Origin: an uncultured Rhodospirillales bacterium
GTDB lineage: Bacteria; Pseudomonadota; Alphaproteobacteria; Acetobacterales; Acetobacteraceae
Assembly (NCBI GenBank): GCA_903835235.1
Contig: CAILMF010000041.1
Coordinates: 7,733 to 71,732 of the forward strand
DNA: 64,000 nt
Reading direction: 5' to 3'
Part shown: positions 18,061 to 27,675 of the stretch, piece after piece
Numbering within the stretch: position 1 is the stretch's first letter
How the letters are laid out: every line of letters starts with the position of its first letter
Translations under genes and position numbers: made by a program
The notes under the pieces: model-generated
Database searches by the model: none
What the model was told of the DNA's origin: nothing
What the model saw: only the letters and a program-made list of their open reading frames with translations

Positions 18061-18227
18061 TTCGCCCCTCCTGCAAGGATATTTGCCCGGACCCTAGCAG
18101 CCTGCCTGGGCCGGGCGCCAGCCTGACGGATTGTTTCGTTGCGGCGGGCCACAAGGATACGCCGCCCCCGGTTCCCGCCACCGCCCGTCCTGGGCTAGCC
18201 TCGGCCGACTCCAGGGGAGAATGGTCC

Positions 18228-18962
18228 ATGATCGAGCGCGACGTCATCGTCACCACCAAGTACGGCCAGATGCCGAGCTTCACCTGCCACCCCGACAGCG
18301 GCGGGCCGTTCCCGGCCATCATCCTGTACATGGACGCACCGGGCATCCGCGAGGAGCTGCGCAACCTGGCGCGGCGCATCGCCAAGGCCGGCTACTTCGT
18401 GGTGCTGCCGGACATGTACTACCGCATGGGCCATATCCGCTTCGACACCGCGCGCCGCAACGACGCCATGTCGGCGATCATCCGCCCGACCATGAACCAC
18501 CTGACCAACGAGATGGTCATGGACGATACCGCCGGCCTCATCGGCTACATCGACGCGCAGGACGCGGCGAAGCCCGGTCCCATCGGCTGCGTCGGCTACT
18601 GCATGTCCGGCCGGCACATCACCAATGCGCTGACCCGCTTCCCCGACCGGATGAAGGCGGGCGCCTCGCTCTATGGCGTCGGCATCGTCACGGAAGCCGA
18701 GGACAGCCCGCATCTGGCGCTCAGCAAGGCGGCAGGCGGCGAGTTGTACTACGCCTTCGCCGAGACCGACCAGACGGTGCCGGACTTCGTCATCCCCAAG
18801 CTGCGCGCCGCGCTGGAAGCCACGGGGGTGCCGAGCCAGGTGGATGTCTACCCCGGCACCTTCCACGGCTTCGCCTTCCCGGAACGCCCGGTCTATGACC
18901 ACCACGCCGCCGAGGACAGCTGGGCCAAGATCTTCGCGATGTGGGCGCGCCGGCTGAAGTAG
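18228..18962 (+). CDS. dienelactone hydrolase family protein
   Basis: Track ORF of 244 aa with a GGGGAGA RBS. PAIILYMDAPGIREELRNLARRIAKAGYFVVLPDMYYR and the nucleophile elbow GCVGYCMSG are typical of DLH alpha/beta hydrolases. Confidence 0.75.
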   Translation: MIERDVIVTTKYGQMPSFTCHPDSGGPFPAIILYMDAPGIREELRNLARRIAKAGYFVVLPDMYYRMGHIRFDTARRNDAMSAIIRPTMNHLTNEMVMDDTAGLIGYIDAQDAAKPGPIGCVGYCMSGRHITNALTRFPDRMKAGASLYGVGIVTEAEDSPHLALSKAAGGELYYAFAETDQTVPDFVIPKLRAALEATGVPSQVDVYPGTFHGFAFPERPVYDHHAAEDSWAKIFAMWARRLK

Positions 18963-19026
18963 CCGCCCGCTTCACCTGTTGGGCCGGCGGTGTAGGATGC
19001 CGGCATAACAACAGGCGGGAACGGCG

Positions 19027-20970
19027 ATGCGGCAGGATTTTGCCAAGGCGGTACGGGCGGCGGTGGCCGATGAGGCGCAGCTGCGCGCCGCCCTGGCCGA
19101 GGCCGATATCGCCCCCTTGCTGATGGTGCTGGTGCAGCTGACCGGCGACACCGCGCTGCTGGACCAGGTGGCCCCGCACATCCAGGGCCCCTGGAGCTTC
19201 CTGGAAACCGTGCCGCCCGAGATGAAGGCCGCCCTGCGCGACCGGCTTGTCTCGGTATTGCGGGACTACGCCCGCGAAGGCCGCGCCGAGCCGCCCCGCC
19301 CGGACGAAGCCACGCTCCAGCGCATGATGAGTGCCGGCGTCGGCCAGCCGGTGCCGGCCGAGTACATCCCGCTGCTGCTGGAGGAAATGCGCTTCACGCC
19401 GGAAGACGAGCGCGCGGTGCGCTGGCGTCGCCAGCCGGCCGGGTTGGCGCGGTTCCGCGTGCTGATCATCGGCGCCGGGCTGACCGGGCTGTGCACCGCG
19501 ATCCGGCTCCAGGAAATGGGTATCCCCTTCACCATCCTGGAAAAGAACGCCGAGCTCGGCGGCACCTGGCTGGAGAACAGCTACCCCGGCTGCGCGGTGG
19601 ACACGCCGAACCACTTCTTCTCGTTCAGCTTCAACCCGAACGACAAGTGGTCGCGCCACTTCTCTCGCCGCGACGAGATCCTGGCCTATCTGCGCGACAT
19701 GGCCGCGAAGTACGACCTGCTGCCGCACATCCGCTTCAACGTTGAAGTGGATCGCGCCAGCTTCGATGCGCGGAGAGCGCAATGGCAGGTGGAGTTGCGC
19801 CGCCGCGACGGCGGGCAGGAGACGCTGAGCTGCAACGCCCTGGTCAGCGCCGTCGGCCAGCTCAACCGTCCCGCGCTGCCGGATATCGAAGGTATCGACG
19901 ACTTCGAAGGCCCGGTCTTCCACACCGCGCGCTGGGACCATACCGCACCGCTCAAGGGCCAGCGCGTCGCCATGCTCGGCACCGGGGCATCGGCGATGCA
20001 GGCGGCGCCGTCCATCGCGCCGGAGGCGGCGCACCTCACGGTGTTCCAACGCTCGCCGCACTGGGCGGTGAACAACCCGAACTACCACAAGCAGGTGGCC
20101 CCCGGCAGCACCTGGGCGCTGGAGCATCTGCCCTATTACTCGCAATGGCTGCGGTTTCAGCTGTTCTGGGCAAGTTCCGATGGCTTCCACGCCACCCTCT
20201 CGCCCGACCCGGAATGGGACCAGCCGGCGCTGTCGCTGAACGCCGCCAACCACCGCATGCGTGACATGCTGGTGGCGCACATGCGCAGCGAACTGGATGG
20301 CGACGAGGCGATGCTGGCCAAGGTGACGCCGGGCTACCCGCCCTATGGCAAGCGAATGCTGCGCGACAACCACTGGTACCGCATGCTGAAGCGCCCGAAC
20401 GTGACGCTGGAGACGGGCCGCATCGCCCAGGTGGAACGCGACGGCATCCGCATGCAGGACGGCACGTTCCACCCGCTCGATGTCATCATCCTCGCCACCG
20501 GCTTCCAGGCCAGCAAGATGCTCTGGCCGATGGAGATCGTGGGCAGCGAGGGCCGCAGCATCCGCGACCTGTGGGGCGATGACGACCCGCGCGCCTATAT
20601 GGGCATGACGGTGCCGGGCTTCCCCAACCTGTTCATCACCTACGGCCCCAACACCAACCTGGCGCATGGCGGCAGCATCATCTTCCACACGGAATGCCAG
20701 GTTCGCTACATCTGCCAGGCGCTCCGAGAAATGCTGGAGCACGACCTGGCCACACTGGAGGTGAAGCGGGACGTGCACGACGCCTACAACGTGAAGGTGG
20801 ATGACGCCTGCCAGCGCATGGTCTGGGCGCATCCCGGCGTCACCAGCTGGTACAAGAACCGGCACAACCGCGTCACCGTCACCTCGCCCTGGCGGCTGCT
20901 GGACTACTGGCGAATGACCAAGGAATTCCAGCCCGACGACTTCCACGCCCGGCAAGGAGCCGACGCATGA
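19027..20970 (+). CDS. type I Baeyer-Villiger flavin monooxygenase with ~140-aa N-terminal extension (HAPMO-like)
   Basis: Track ORF of 647 aa. The first Rossmann motif IIGAGLTG starts only at about aa 147. BVMO fingerprint FEGPVFHTARWD (FxGxxxHxxxWD) at aa 293-304. Second dinucleotide motif GTGASA. Confidence 0.85.
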   Translation: MRQDFAKAVRAAVADEAQLRAALAEADIAPLLMVLVQLTGDTALLDQVAPHIQGPWSFLETVPPEMKAALRDRLVSVLRDYAREGRAEPPRPDEATLQRMMSAGVGQPVPAEYIPLLLEEMRFTPEDERAVRWRRQPAGLARFRVLIIGAGLTGLCTAIRLQEMGIPFTILEKNAELGGTWLENSYPGCAVDTPNHFFSFSFNPNDKWSRHFSRRDEILAYLRDMAAKYDLLPHIRFNVEVDRASFDARRAQWQVELRRRDGGQETLSCNALVSAVGQLNRPALPDIEGIDDFEGPVFHTARWDHTAPLKGQRVAMLGTGASAMQAAPSIAPEAAHLTVFQRSPHWAVNNPNYHKQVAPGSTWALEHLPYYSQWLRFQLFWASSDGFHATLSPDPEWDQPALSLNAANHRMRDMLVAHMRSELDGDEAMLAKVTPGYPPYGKRMLRDNHWYRMLKRPNVTLETGRIAQVERDGIRMQDGTFHPLDVIILATGFQASKMLWPMEIVGSEGRSIRDLWGDDDPRAYMGMTVPGFPNLFITYGPNTNLAHGGSIIFHTECQVRYICQALREMLEHDLATLEVKRDVHDAYNVKVDDACQRMVWAHPGVTSWYKNRHNRVTVTSPWRLLDYWRMTKEFQPDDFHARQGADA

Positions 20971-21737
20971 GCGAACCCCTTCTGGTCCAGCGCGAGGGCG
21001 GCATCGCCTGGCTGCGCTTCAACCGGCCGGAGCGGCTGAACGCGATCGACGCCGCCATGGCCCTGGCCTTCCGCGACGCCGTCCGCGCCCTGCCCGGCGA
21101 CACCACGCTGCGCTGCGTGGTGCTGGCCGGGGAGGGCCGCGCCTTCATGGCCGGCGGTGACATCACCGCCTTCGGCAACGCGGACGCCATCGCCACCATC
21201 ATGGACCCGATGCACGAGGCGCTGGCGCTGCTGGCCGCCCTGCCGGTGCCGGTGCTGGCCAGCGTGCAGGGCGCCGCTGCCGGCGGCGGCATGAGCATCG
21301 CGTTGGCCGCCGACCTGGCCATTGCCGCCGACAACGCGAAGTTCAACCTGGCCTATCTGCGCCTCGGCACCTCGCCGGATTGCGGTGGCAGCTGGAACCT
21401 GGCGCGGCTGGTCGGGCTGCGCCGCGCAATGGGCATCGCCCTGCTGGAGGAAGTGCTGGACGCGCCGGCCGCGCTGGCCGCGGGGCTACTGAATAAGGTA
21501 GTGCCGGCGGCCGAGTTGGCCGAGGCCACCGCCGCCATGGCGCGCAAGCTGGCCGCCGGCCCGCGCGAGGCCAGCGGCCGCACCAAGCTGCTGCTGCGCG
21601 CCGCCGCCGGCCGCGACCTGCCGGCGCAGCTGGATGCCGAGCGGGAGAACTTCCTGGCCTGCGCCGGCACCGCCGACTTCGCCGAGGGCGTCGGCGCCTT
21701 CCTCGGCCGCCGCACGCCGGATTTTCCGGGGCGGTAA
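20967..21737 (+). CDS. enoyl-CoA hydratase/isomerase (crotonase) family protein
   Basis: Track ORF of 256 aa. LRFNRPERLNAID...VVLAGEGRAFMAGGD...GAAAGGGMSIALAAD is the crotonase-fold pattern. ATGA overlap with the BVMO stop. Confidence 0.85.
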   Translation: MSEPLLVQREGGIAWLRFNRPERLNAIDAAMALAFRDAVRALPGDTTLRCVVLAGEGRAFMAGGDITAFGNADAIATIMDPMHEALALLAALPVPVLASVQGAAAGGGMSIALAADLAIAADNAKFNLAYLRLGTSPDCGGSWNLARLVGLRRAMGIALLEEVLDAPAALAAGLLNKVVPAAELAEATAAMARKLAAGPREASGRTKLLLRAAAGRDLPAQLDAERENFLACAGTADFAEGVGAFLGRRTPDFPGR

Positions 21738-21830
21738 CGCTTGGGGGCAGGCAGCGCGCAGGCGCTCGGGGGCAGGTAGCGCCTGCCGGCGTAAGCTGGC
21801 AGCCTGCGCGCAACGACGGAGGAAACCGAG

Positions 21831-22784
21831 ATGCGGCGGCGTTCAGCCCTGGCCCTGCCTGCCCTGCTGCTTGCCGGCCGCGCCCAGGCGCAAGGCTTCC
21901 CGCAGCGCCCGGTCACCATCGTGGTGCCCTTCCCACCCGGCGGCTCCACGGATGTCGCGGCGCGGCTGCTGGCGGAACCCATGGCCGCGGCGCTTGGCGA
22001 ACGCGTGGTGGTGGAAAACCGCGGCGGCGGTGCCACCGTCGTCGGCACCGACTACGCTGCGCACGCCCCGGCCGACGGCTATACGCTGCTGATGGCGTCG
22101 GGCACCGCCTCCACCATCAACCCCATCATCGCCCGCAACCTGCCCTACAAGCCCAGCGATTTCGCGCCTGTCTCCCTCGTCGCCAAGCTGCCCTTCGCGG
22201 TCAATGTGCGCCCCGGCCTGCCGCAGACGCTGGCCGAGATCGTGGCGCTGGCCAAGGCGCAGCCGGGCCGGCTGACGCATGGCACCAACGGCCCGTCCAG
22301 CTTCAACAACATCGCCTGGGCGTTGGTGCAGGATGCACTTGGCTTCCGCACCCAGGACGTGACCTATCGCGGCGACAGCGCGCAGCTGAACGATTTTGCC
22401 GGTGGCCGGCTCGACCTCATCGTCGTTGGCGGCAGCACCGGCCTGCAGGCGGAACGCAACCGCATGGGCAAGCTGGTCGCCTGGACCGGGGACCGCCGCA
22501 TGCCCAGCACGCCCGACGTGCCGCTGGTGGCGGAGCTCAGCCCCGGCTGCGTCGCGCAGACCTGGTTCTGCCTGCTGGCACCCGCCCGCACGCCGCCGGA
22601 AGCCATCGCCAAGCTCAACGCCGCGGCTCAGCGCGCCATCGCCGCGCAGGAATTCCAGGACCGCATGCTGGCCGAGGGCCAGTTCGCCGAAGCCAGCACG
22701 CCCGAGGGCCTTGGCGCCTTCCTGCGCGCCGAGGATGCCCGCTGGCGCCCGGTGCTCGCCCGCCTGAACGTGCAGATGGACTGA
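21831..22784 (+). CDS. Bug-family (TctC-like) tripartite tricarboxylate transporter substrate-binding protein
   Basis: Track ORF of 317 aa. A signal peptide followed by FPQRPVTIVVPFPPGGSTDVAARLLAEPM...ENRGGGATVVG...DGYTLLM, the Bug signature. Confidence 0.85.
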   Translation: MRRRSALALPALLLAGRAQAQGFPQRPVTIVVPFPPGGSTDVAARLLAEPMAAALGERVVVENRGGGATVVGTDYAAHAPADGYTLLMASGTASTINPIIARNLPYKPSDFAPVSLVAKLPFAVNVRPGLPQTLAEIVALAKAQPGRLTHGTNGPSSFNNIAWALVQDALGFRTQDVTYRGDSAQLNDFAGGRLDLIVVGGSTGLQAERNRMGKLVAWTGDRRMPSTPDVPLVAELSPGCVAQTWFCLLAPARTPPEAIAKLNAAAQRAIAAQEFQDRMLAEGQFAEASTPEGLGAFLRAEDARWRPVLARLNVQMD

Positions 22785-22788
22785 CCCG

Positions 22789-23994
22789 ATGAGCGAAGCC
22801 GAATCCCCCTACGCCTGGTGGCGCCTGCTGGCGGCCGTGCTGCTTTCCACCATCGGTGGCGTGGGGTTGTGGAGCATCGTCGTGGCGCTGCCGGCGGTGC
22901 AGGCGGAATTCGGTGTGGCGCGGGCGGGAGCCTCCTTGCCCTATACCTTCACCATGCTGGCCTTCATGGTCGGCGGCGTGGTCATGGGCCGGCTGGCAGA
23001 CCGCTTCGGCGTGGTGCTGCCGGTGGTGATCGGCGCGCTGTCGCTGGGGGTTGGCTATACCGCCACCGCCTTCGCGCCCGATATCGGCAGCTATGCCGCG
23101 CTGTATGCGATCTTCATCGGCGGCATGGGCAGTTGCGCGGTGTTCGGCCCGCTGGTGGCGGATACCTCGCTGTGGTTCACCCGCCGGCGCGGCATCGCGG
23201 TGGCGCTCTGCGCCAGCGGCAACTACTTCGCGGGGGCCTTCTGGCCGCCGGTGCTGCAGCACTTCATCGCGGAATACGGCTGGCGCAGCACGCATCTCGG
23301 CATCGCCGCCGTCTGCGTCGTCACCATGCTGCCGCTGGCGCTGGCCATGCGTCGCCCGCCGCCGAAGCAGACCGCCGGCGCCACCGCACTCGCCGCCGGC
23401 GGCCTGGCGCGGCTCGGCCTCTCGCCCAATGCGTTGCAGGCGCTGCTGGTGCTGGCCGGCCTGTCCTGCTGCGTCGCCATGGCCATGCCGCAGGTCCATA
23501 TCGTCGCCTATTGCGTGGACCTCGGCTACGGTGCGGCGCGCGGCGCCGAGATGTTGGCGCTGATGCTCGGCTTCGGCGTCGTCTCCCGCCTGATCAGCGG
23601 CGTCATCACCGACCGCATCGGCGCCGCGGCCATGCTGTTCCTCGGCTCCTTCCTGCAGATGATCGCGCTGGCGCTGTTCCTGCCCTTCGACAGCCTGTCC
23701 TCGCTCTACGTGGTCTCGGCCATCTTCGGGCTGTTCCAGGGTGGCATCGTGCCCAGCTACACCATGCTGATCCGGCAGTTCTTTCCGCCCGCCGAGGCCG
23801 GTTTCCGCATCGGCCTGGTACTGTCCTCAACGCTCGCCGGCATGGCACTGGGCGGCTGGCTCTCGGGCCTGATCTTCGACGCGACAGCAAGCTACCAGAT
23901 GGCCGTGGTCAACGGCATCGCCTGGAACCTGCTCAACCTTTCCATCGCGGGCTGGCTGCTGCTGCGTACCCGCGCCACCACGGCCCTGGCCTGA
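22789..23994 (+). CDS. MFS transporter
   Basis: Track ORF of 401 aa with about 12 hydrophobic segments and a GRLADRFG loop motif between TM2 and TM3. Confidence 0.8.
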   Translation: MSEAESPYAWWRLLAAVLLSTIGGVGLWSIVVALPAVQAEFGVARAGASLPYTFTMLAFMVGGVVMGRLADRFGVVLPVVIGALSLGVGYTATAFAPDIGSYAALYAIFIGGMGSCAVFGPLVADTSLWFTRRRGIAVALCASGNYFAGAFWPPVLQHFIAEYGWRSTHLGIAAVCVVTMLPLALAMRRPPPKQTAGATALAAGGLARLGLSPNALQALLVLAGLSCCVAMAMPQVHIVAYCVDLGYGAARGAEMLALMLGFGVVSRLISGVITDRIGAAAMLFLGSFLQMIALALFLPFDSLSSLYVVSAIFGLFQGGIVPSYTMLIRQFFPPAEAGFRIGLVLSSTLAGMALGGWLSGLIFDATASYQMAVVNGIAWNLLNLSIAGWLLLRTRATTALA

Positions 23995-24012
23995 GACAAG
24001 GAACCCCCAAAG

Positions 24013-25101
24013 ATGCGCCTCGGCCTGTTCATGATGCCGCTGCATCCGCCCGAACGCCCGATGCACGAGACCCTGGCGGAGGACACCGAAAAATCCCTGC
24101 TGGCGGACCGGCTGGGCTTCCACGAACTCTGGATCGGCGAGCATTTCTCGGCGTCGTCGGAGCCCATCGCCTCGCCCATGATGTTCATGGCCAGCCTGCT
24201 GCCGCGGACCAACCTGACCTTCGCCACCGGCGTCATCAACCTGCCGAACCACCACCCGGCCATTGTCGCGGCCGAGGTCGCGCAGTTCGACCACATGAGC
24301 CAGGGCCGCTTCATCATGGGCATCGGCCCCGGCGGCCTGGCCAGCGACTGGGAGCTGTTCGGCAATACGGATGCAGCCCAGCGCGGCCAGCGCATGCTGT
24401 CGCACATCGACACCATCCTGCAGATCTGGCGGCAGGACCCGCCCTATGAGATCGAGGGTGCCCGGATTACCAAGGCGGTCATCCCCGAATTCGGCGTCGG
24501 CACCATGCCCAAGCCCTTCCAGCGGCCGCACCCGCCCATCGCCATCACCGCCCGCAGCATGGACAGCTTTGGCGTGCGCACCGCGGCCGAACGCGGCTGG
24601 TCCGTCGTCTCCGCCAACTTCGTCGCTGAGCGCATCGTGGAAGGCCATTGGCGCACGATGAGCGCGGCGCTGGCCGCGAATGGCCGCCAGGCCAGCGGCG
24701 CGGATTGGCGCGTCTCCCGCAACTTCTGCATCGCCGCGACGGATGCCGAGGCCGAGGACCGCATGCTCGCGGCGGAAGGCGCCAACCGCTACTACTTCCA
24801 CTACCTCAGCACCCTGGCCCGCCGCGCCGGCCAGTTGGAAACGCTGAAGCCCCGCAGCGACACGCCGGATGAAGCGGTGACGCTGGAAGCCATCATCCGC
24901 GACTGCGTGATCTGCGGCTCTCCCGGCACGGTGCTGGACCGGCTGATTGCCTTCCGCGACCGCGTTGGCCCCTTCGGCCACCTGCTGATGGCCGGCTTGG
25001 ACTGGTCAGGCCAGAATGCGGCCTGGGAAGCCGAGACGATGCAGCGGCTGGCGGAGGCGGTGATGCCGCGCTTCCGCCAGCATGTGGCGGCTACAGCCTG
25101 A
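24013..25101 (+). CDS. LLM-class (luciferase-like) flavin-dependent oxidoreductase
   Basis: Track ORF of 362 aa. MRLGLFMMPLHPP...ADRLGFHELWIGEHFS...LPNHHPAIVAAEVAQFDHMSQGRFIMGIGPGG is the LLM pattern. Confidence 0.8.
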   Translation: MRLGLFMMPLHPPERPMHETLAEDTEKSLLADRLGFHELWIGEHFSASSEPIASPMMFMASLLPRTNLTFATGVINLPNHHPAIVAAEVAQFDHMSQGRFIMGIGPGGLASDWELFGNTDAAQRGQRMLSHIDTILQIWRQDPPYEIEGARITKAVIPEFGVGTMPKPFQRPHPPIAITARSMDSFGVRTAAERGWSVVSANFVAERIVEGHWRTMSAALAANGRQASGADWRVSRNFCIAATDAEAEDRMLAAEGANRYYFHYLSTLARRAGQLETLKPRSDTPDEAVTLEAIIRDCVICGSPGTVLDRLIAFRDRVGPFGHLLMAGLDWSGQNAAWEAETMQRLAEAVMPRFRQHVAATA

Positions 25102-25133
25102 TCACCCGAGGCGCTTGCGCCGCCGCGCGTGGC

Positions 25134-25523
25134 TCAACCCATGGCGCCGCCCTGCAACTGCATCAGCGCTTCAAGCCGCGCCGCGTCCTTGGCCGGCGCC
25201 TTGAAGCGCAGTGTCACCTGGTCATCGGCCGTCGAAATCTCGGCGTGGCGGCGGTCCAGCGGGCCTTCTCGCACCAGGCTTTCCAGCGCCAGCTTGGCCG
25301 CTTCCCGGTCACGGAAGCGTGCCGCCACCGCCACGCTGCCGTTGGGCGCCTGGCCGCCATGGGGGCTGTCCATCATGTCCTGCGGCGGCACCGCGCGGGC
25401 GCCCTGGCTGGCGGTGCTGGCTGCGGCATCGCTGGCCGGAAAGCTGTCCACCACGCCCGTTTCCACGTTGCGGTCGGGTGTCAGCGCCGGCATCTCGTTC
25501 TGGCGATAGGTCTGGTTCGGCAT
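25134..25523 (-). CDS. hypothetical protein (129 aa)
   Basis: Track ORF. Codon third positions are GC-rich as in neighbouring genes. It contains a DSFPASD motif. No family recognised and no signal peptide. Confidence 0.45.
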   Translation of the reverse strand: MPNQTYRQNEMPALTPDRNVETGVVDSFPASDAAASTASQGARAVPPQDMMDSPHGGQAPNGSVAVAARFRDREAAKLALESLVREGPLDRRHAEISTADDQVTLRFKAPAKDAARLEALMQLQGGAMG

Positions 25524-25601
25524 GGCGAGTCCCTTTCGGTTTCCCCGCCAACGCCACCTGGGCGCGAAGGTTCAGCCGCCGCCGCGCGCGGTGGGGCTGA
25601 T

Positions 25602-26660
25602 TCAGCCCAGCCGTTCTTCCCGATACAGCGAAAGCTTCTCCTGCGCCGCCTTGTCGCTGTAGCCGAACAGCGTCAGCGGCGTTTCCGCCCGCAGTTCCAG
25701 CGCGTTCCAACTGGGCACCACGAACAGGTCGCGCTCCTCCAGCCGGAACTCGCGGCCCTCCACCCGCGCGGTGCCGCGGCCTTCCACCACCACGAAGGTG
25801 GTGCCGTCCGTCGCCCGTCGCGGCTTCGTCTCGAACCCCGCCGGCAGATGCCGCACATGCGCCGCGATGGTCGGCATGATCGGGCCACTATTCGCCGGGT
25901 TGGTGAACTCCAGCGCATGGCCCAGGTGCGGGTCGGGCACGTCGGCGGCGGCCACGGCCATCAGGCTCTCCCGCCACTGGGCGTAGGGGTAGTGGAAGAT
26001 CGGCTGCTGCTGCGGCCGGCGTTCGGCCGCGGTGGCGCGGAACGGGCGCATGTTGCGGCCATAGCGGTGCAGGTTGTCGCCGGACGGGATGCTCTCGCTC
26101 TGCATAGGGCTTTCCAGCCGCTCGGCAAAGCTGGCGTCGTAGAAGCGCACGGTCGGAATATCCAGCCCATCCAGCCAGATCATCGGCCGGTCGCTGGTAT
26201 TGCCGTGGTCGTGCCATTGCCAGTTCGGCGTCAGCACCAGGTCGAAGGGCTGCATGTAGCAGCGCTCCCCATCCACGGCGGTATAGGCGCCAGCGCCTTC
26301 GATGACGAAGCGCAGCGCGCATTGGGTGTGGCGGTGGCAGGGCGCCACCTCGCCCGGCAAAATCAGCTGCAACCCGGCGTAGAGGCTGGGCACCACGGCA
26401 GAGGTGCCGGGCAGGCCCGGGTTCTCCAAAATCAGCACGCGGCGCTCGGCCTGCTCGGCGCTGATCAGGTCGCCGGCGCGCAGCAGATAGTCCCGCGCCG
26501 GGCCGTATTGCCACAGGTGGGGCTGCGCCACGCTGCGCGGCACCGGCGTGACCAGGTTGGCCAACACTTCCCACAGCGGGTACAGGCTGTGCGGCGCCAT
26601 TTCGCCATACAGCTTTTCCAGCTGGGCGCGCTGGTCGTTCGGGGTGGCGATGCCGTCCAT
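25602..26660 (-). CDS. gentisate 1,2-dioxygenase (bicupin)
   Basis: Track ORF of 352 aa. YPLWEVL...AERRVLILENPGL...SLYAGLQLILPGEVAPCHRHTQCALRFVIEGAGAYTAVDGE...TPNWQWHDHGN...WLDGLDIP is the GDO pattern. Confidence 0.8.
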   Translation of the reverse strand: MDGIATPNDQRAQLEKLYGEMAPHSLYPLWEVLANLVTPVPRSVAQPHLWQYGPARDYLLRAGDLISAEQAERRVLILENPGLPGTSAVVPSLYAGLQLILPGEVAPCHRHTQCALRFVIEGAGAYTAVDGERCYMQPFDLVLTPNWQWHDHGNTSDRPMIWLDGLDIPTVRFYDASFAERLESPMQSESIPSGDNLHRYGRNMRPFRATAAERRPQQQPIFHYPYAQWRESLMAVAAADVPDPHLGHALEFTNPANSGPIMPTIAAHVRHLPAGFETKPRRATDGTTFVVVEGRGTARVEGREFRLEERDLFVVPSWNALELRAETPLTLFGYSDKAAQEKLSLYREERLG

Positions 26661-26706
26661 GGGTCGGTTCCTCCGGGGCTGCGAGCAGTCTAACGCCGGG
26701 CGCCGC

Positions 26707-27675
26707 CTACTCCAACTTCACCCCCGTCGCGGCGACGATCGGCCGCCACTTCTCGGTCTCCGCCCGGACGAAATCGGCCACCTGGTCGGGCGTGGCCGGC
26801 GGCGAGGGCTCGATTCCCGCCTCGATCAGGTCGCGCTGGAAGGCGGGGTCGGCCAGCGCCTTCAGCGTGGCGTCGTGCAGCCGCACCACCAGCTCGGGCG
26901 GGGTGCCGGCCCGCACCGCCAGCATGGACCACAGCGCCGCCTCGAAGCCCGGCAGGCCCAGCACCTCGGCCACGGTGGGCACGTCAGGTGCCAGTGCCGA
27001 CCTTTCCCGCGAGCAGACCGCCAGCATCTTCACCTTGCCCTCCCGGTGGTGTGGCAGGCTGGTCACCACCGTGTCGGTGGCGGCGTCGATCTGCCCGGCC
27101 AGCAGGTCCACCATGGCCGGGCCATTGCCGCGGTAGGGCACCGGCAGCCAGTCCGCCCGCACCTCGTGCTTCAGGTATTCGCCGACCATGTGGACATAGG
27201 TGCCGGTGCCGGGATTGGCGAAGCGGAGCTGCCCCGGTCGCGCCTTCGCCAGCGCCACCAGCTGCGTCAGGCTGGTCGCCACATCGCTGCGGGCAATGAC
27301 GCAGACCGAGTTGGCCCCCACCAGCGCCACCGGGCTGAAATCCACGAGGGGATCGTATTGCGGCCTGGACACCACCAGCGGGTAGAGCGAATGGGTGGAG
27401 GCGCCGGCGAACACCAGGGTGTAGCCATCCGGCCGGGCGCGCAGCACATCGGCCATGCCGATGGCGCCGCTGGCGCCGGCGCGGTTGTCCGGCACCACGT
27501 TCTGGCCAAGCTCCTGCCCCAGCCGGGTGGCGATGCGCCGGGCGAAGGCATCCGTGCCGCCACCGGGCGCGAAGGGAATCACCAGCCGCAGCGGCCGGTC
27601 GGGGAAGCCGGACTGGGCGAGGCCAAGCGCAGGCGTCGCCAGCGCGCCACCGACAAAAATACGGCGCGCGATCAC
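26707..27675 (-). CDS. Bug-family (TctC-like) substrate-binding protein
   Basis: Track ORF 26707..27693. I prefer GTG 27675, which makes a GTGA overlap with the upstream stop and gives the signal peptide (M)IARRIFVGGALATPALGLAQS. FPDRPLRLVIPFAPGGGTDAFARRIA...DNRAGASGAIG...DGYTLVF. Confidence 0.85.
   Translation of the reverse strand: MIARRIFVGGALATPALGLAQSGFPDRPLRLVIPFAPGGGTDAFARRIATRLGQELGQNVVPDNRAGASGAIGMADVLRARPDGYTLVFAGASTHSLYPLVVSRPQYDPLVDFSPVALVGANSVCVIARSDVATSLTQLVALAKARPGQLRFANPGTGTYVHMVGEYLKHEVRADWLPVPYRGNGPAMVDLLAGQIDAATDTVVTSLPHHREGKVKMLAVCSRERSALAPDVPTVAEVLGLPGFEAALWSMLAVRAGTPPELVVRLHDATLKALADPAFQRDLIEAGIEPSPPATPDQVADFVRAETEKWRPIVAATGVKLE

Noticed and set aside
18074-18159. Two copies of CAAGGATA in the iorA / hydrolase divergent region
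   Set aside because: The spacing is 78 nt, with no dyad symmetry and no supporting context. I judged it too weak to report as a site.
18790-20955. 721-aa minus-strand ORF
   Set aside because: Antisense to the BVMO gene, which has unambiguous Rossmann and BVMO fingerprint motifs on the + strand.
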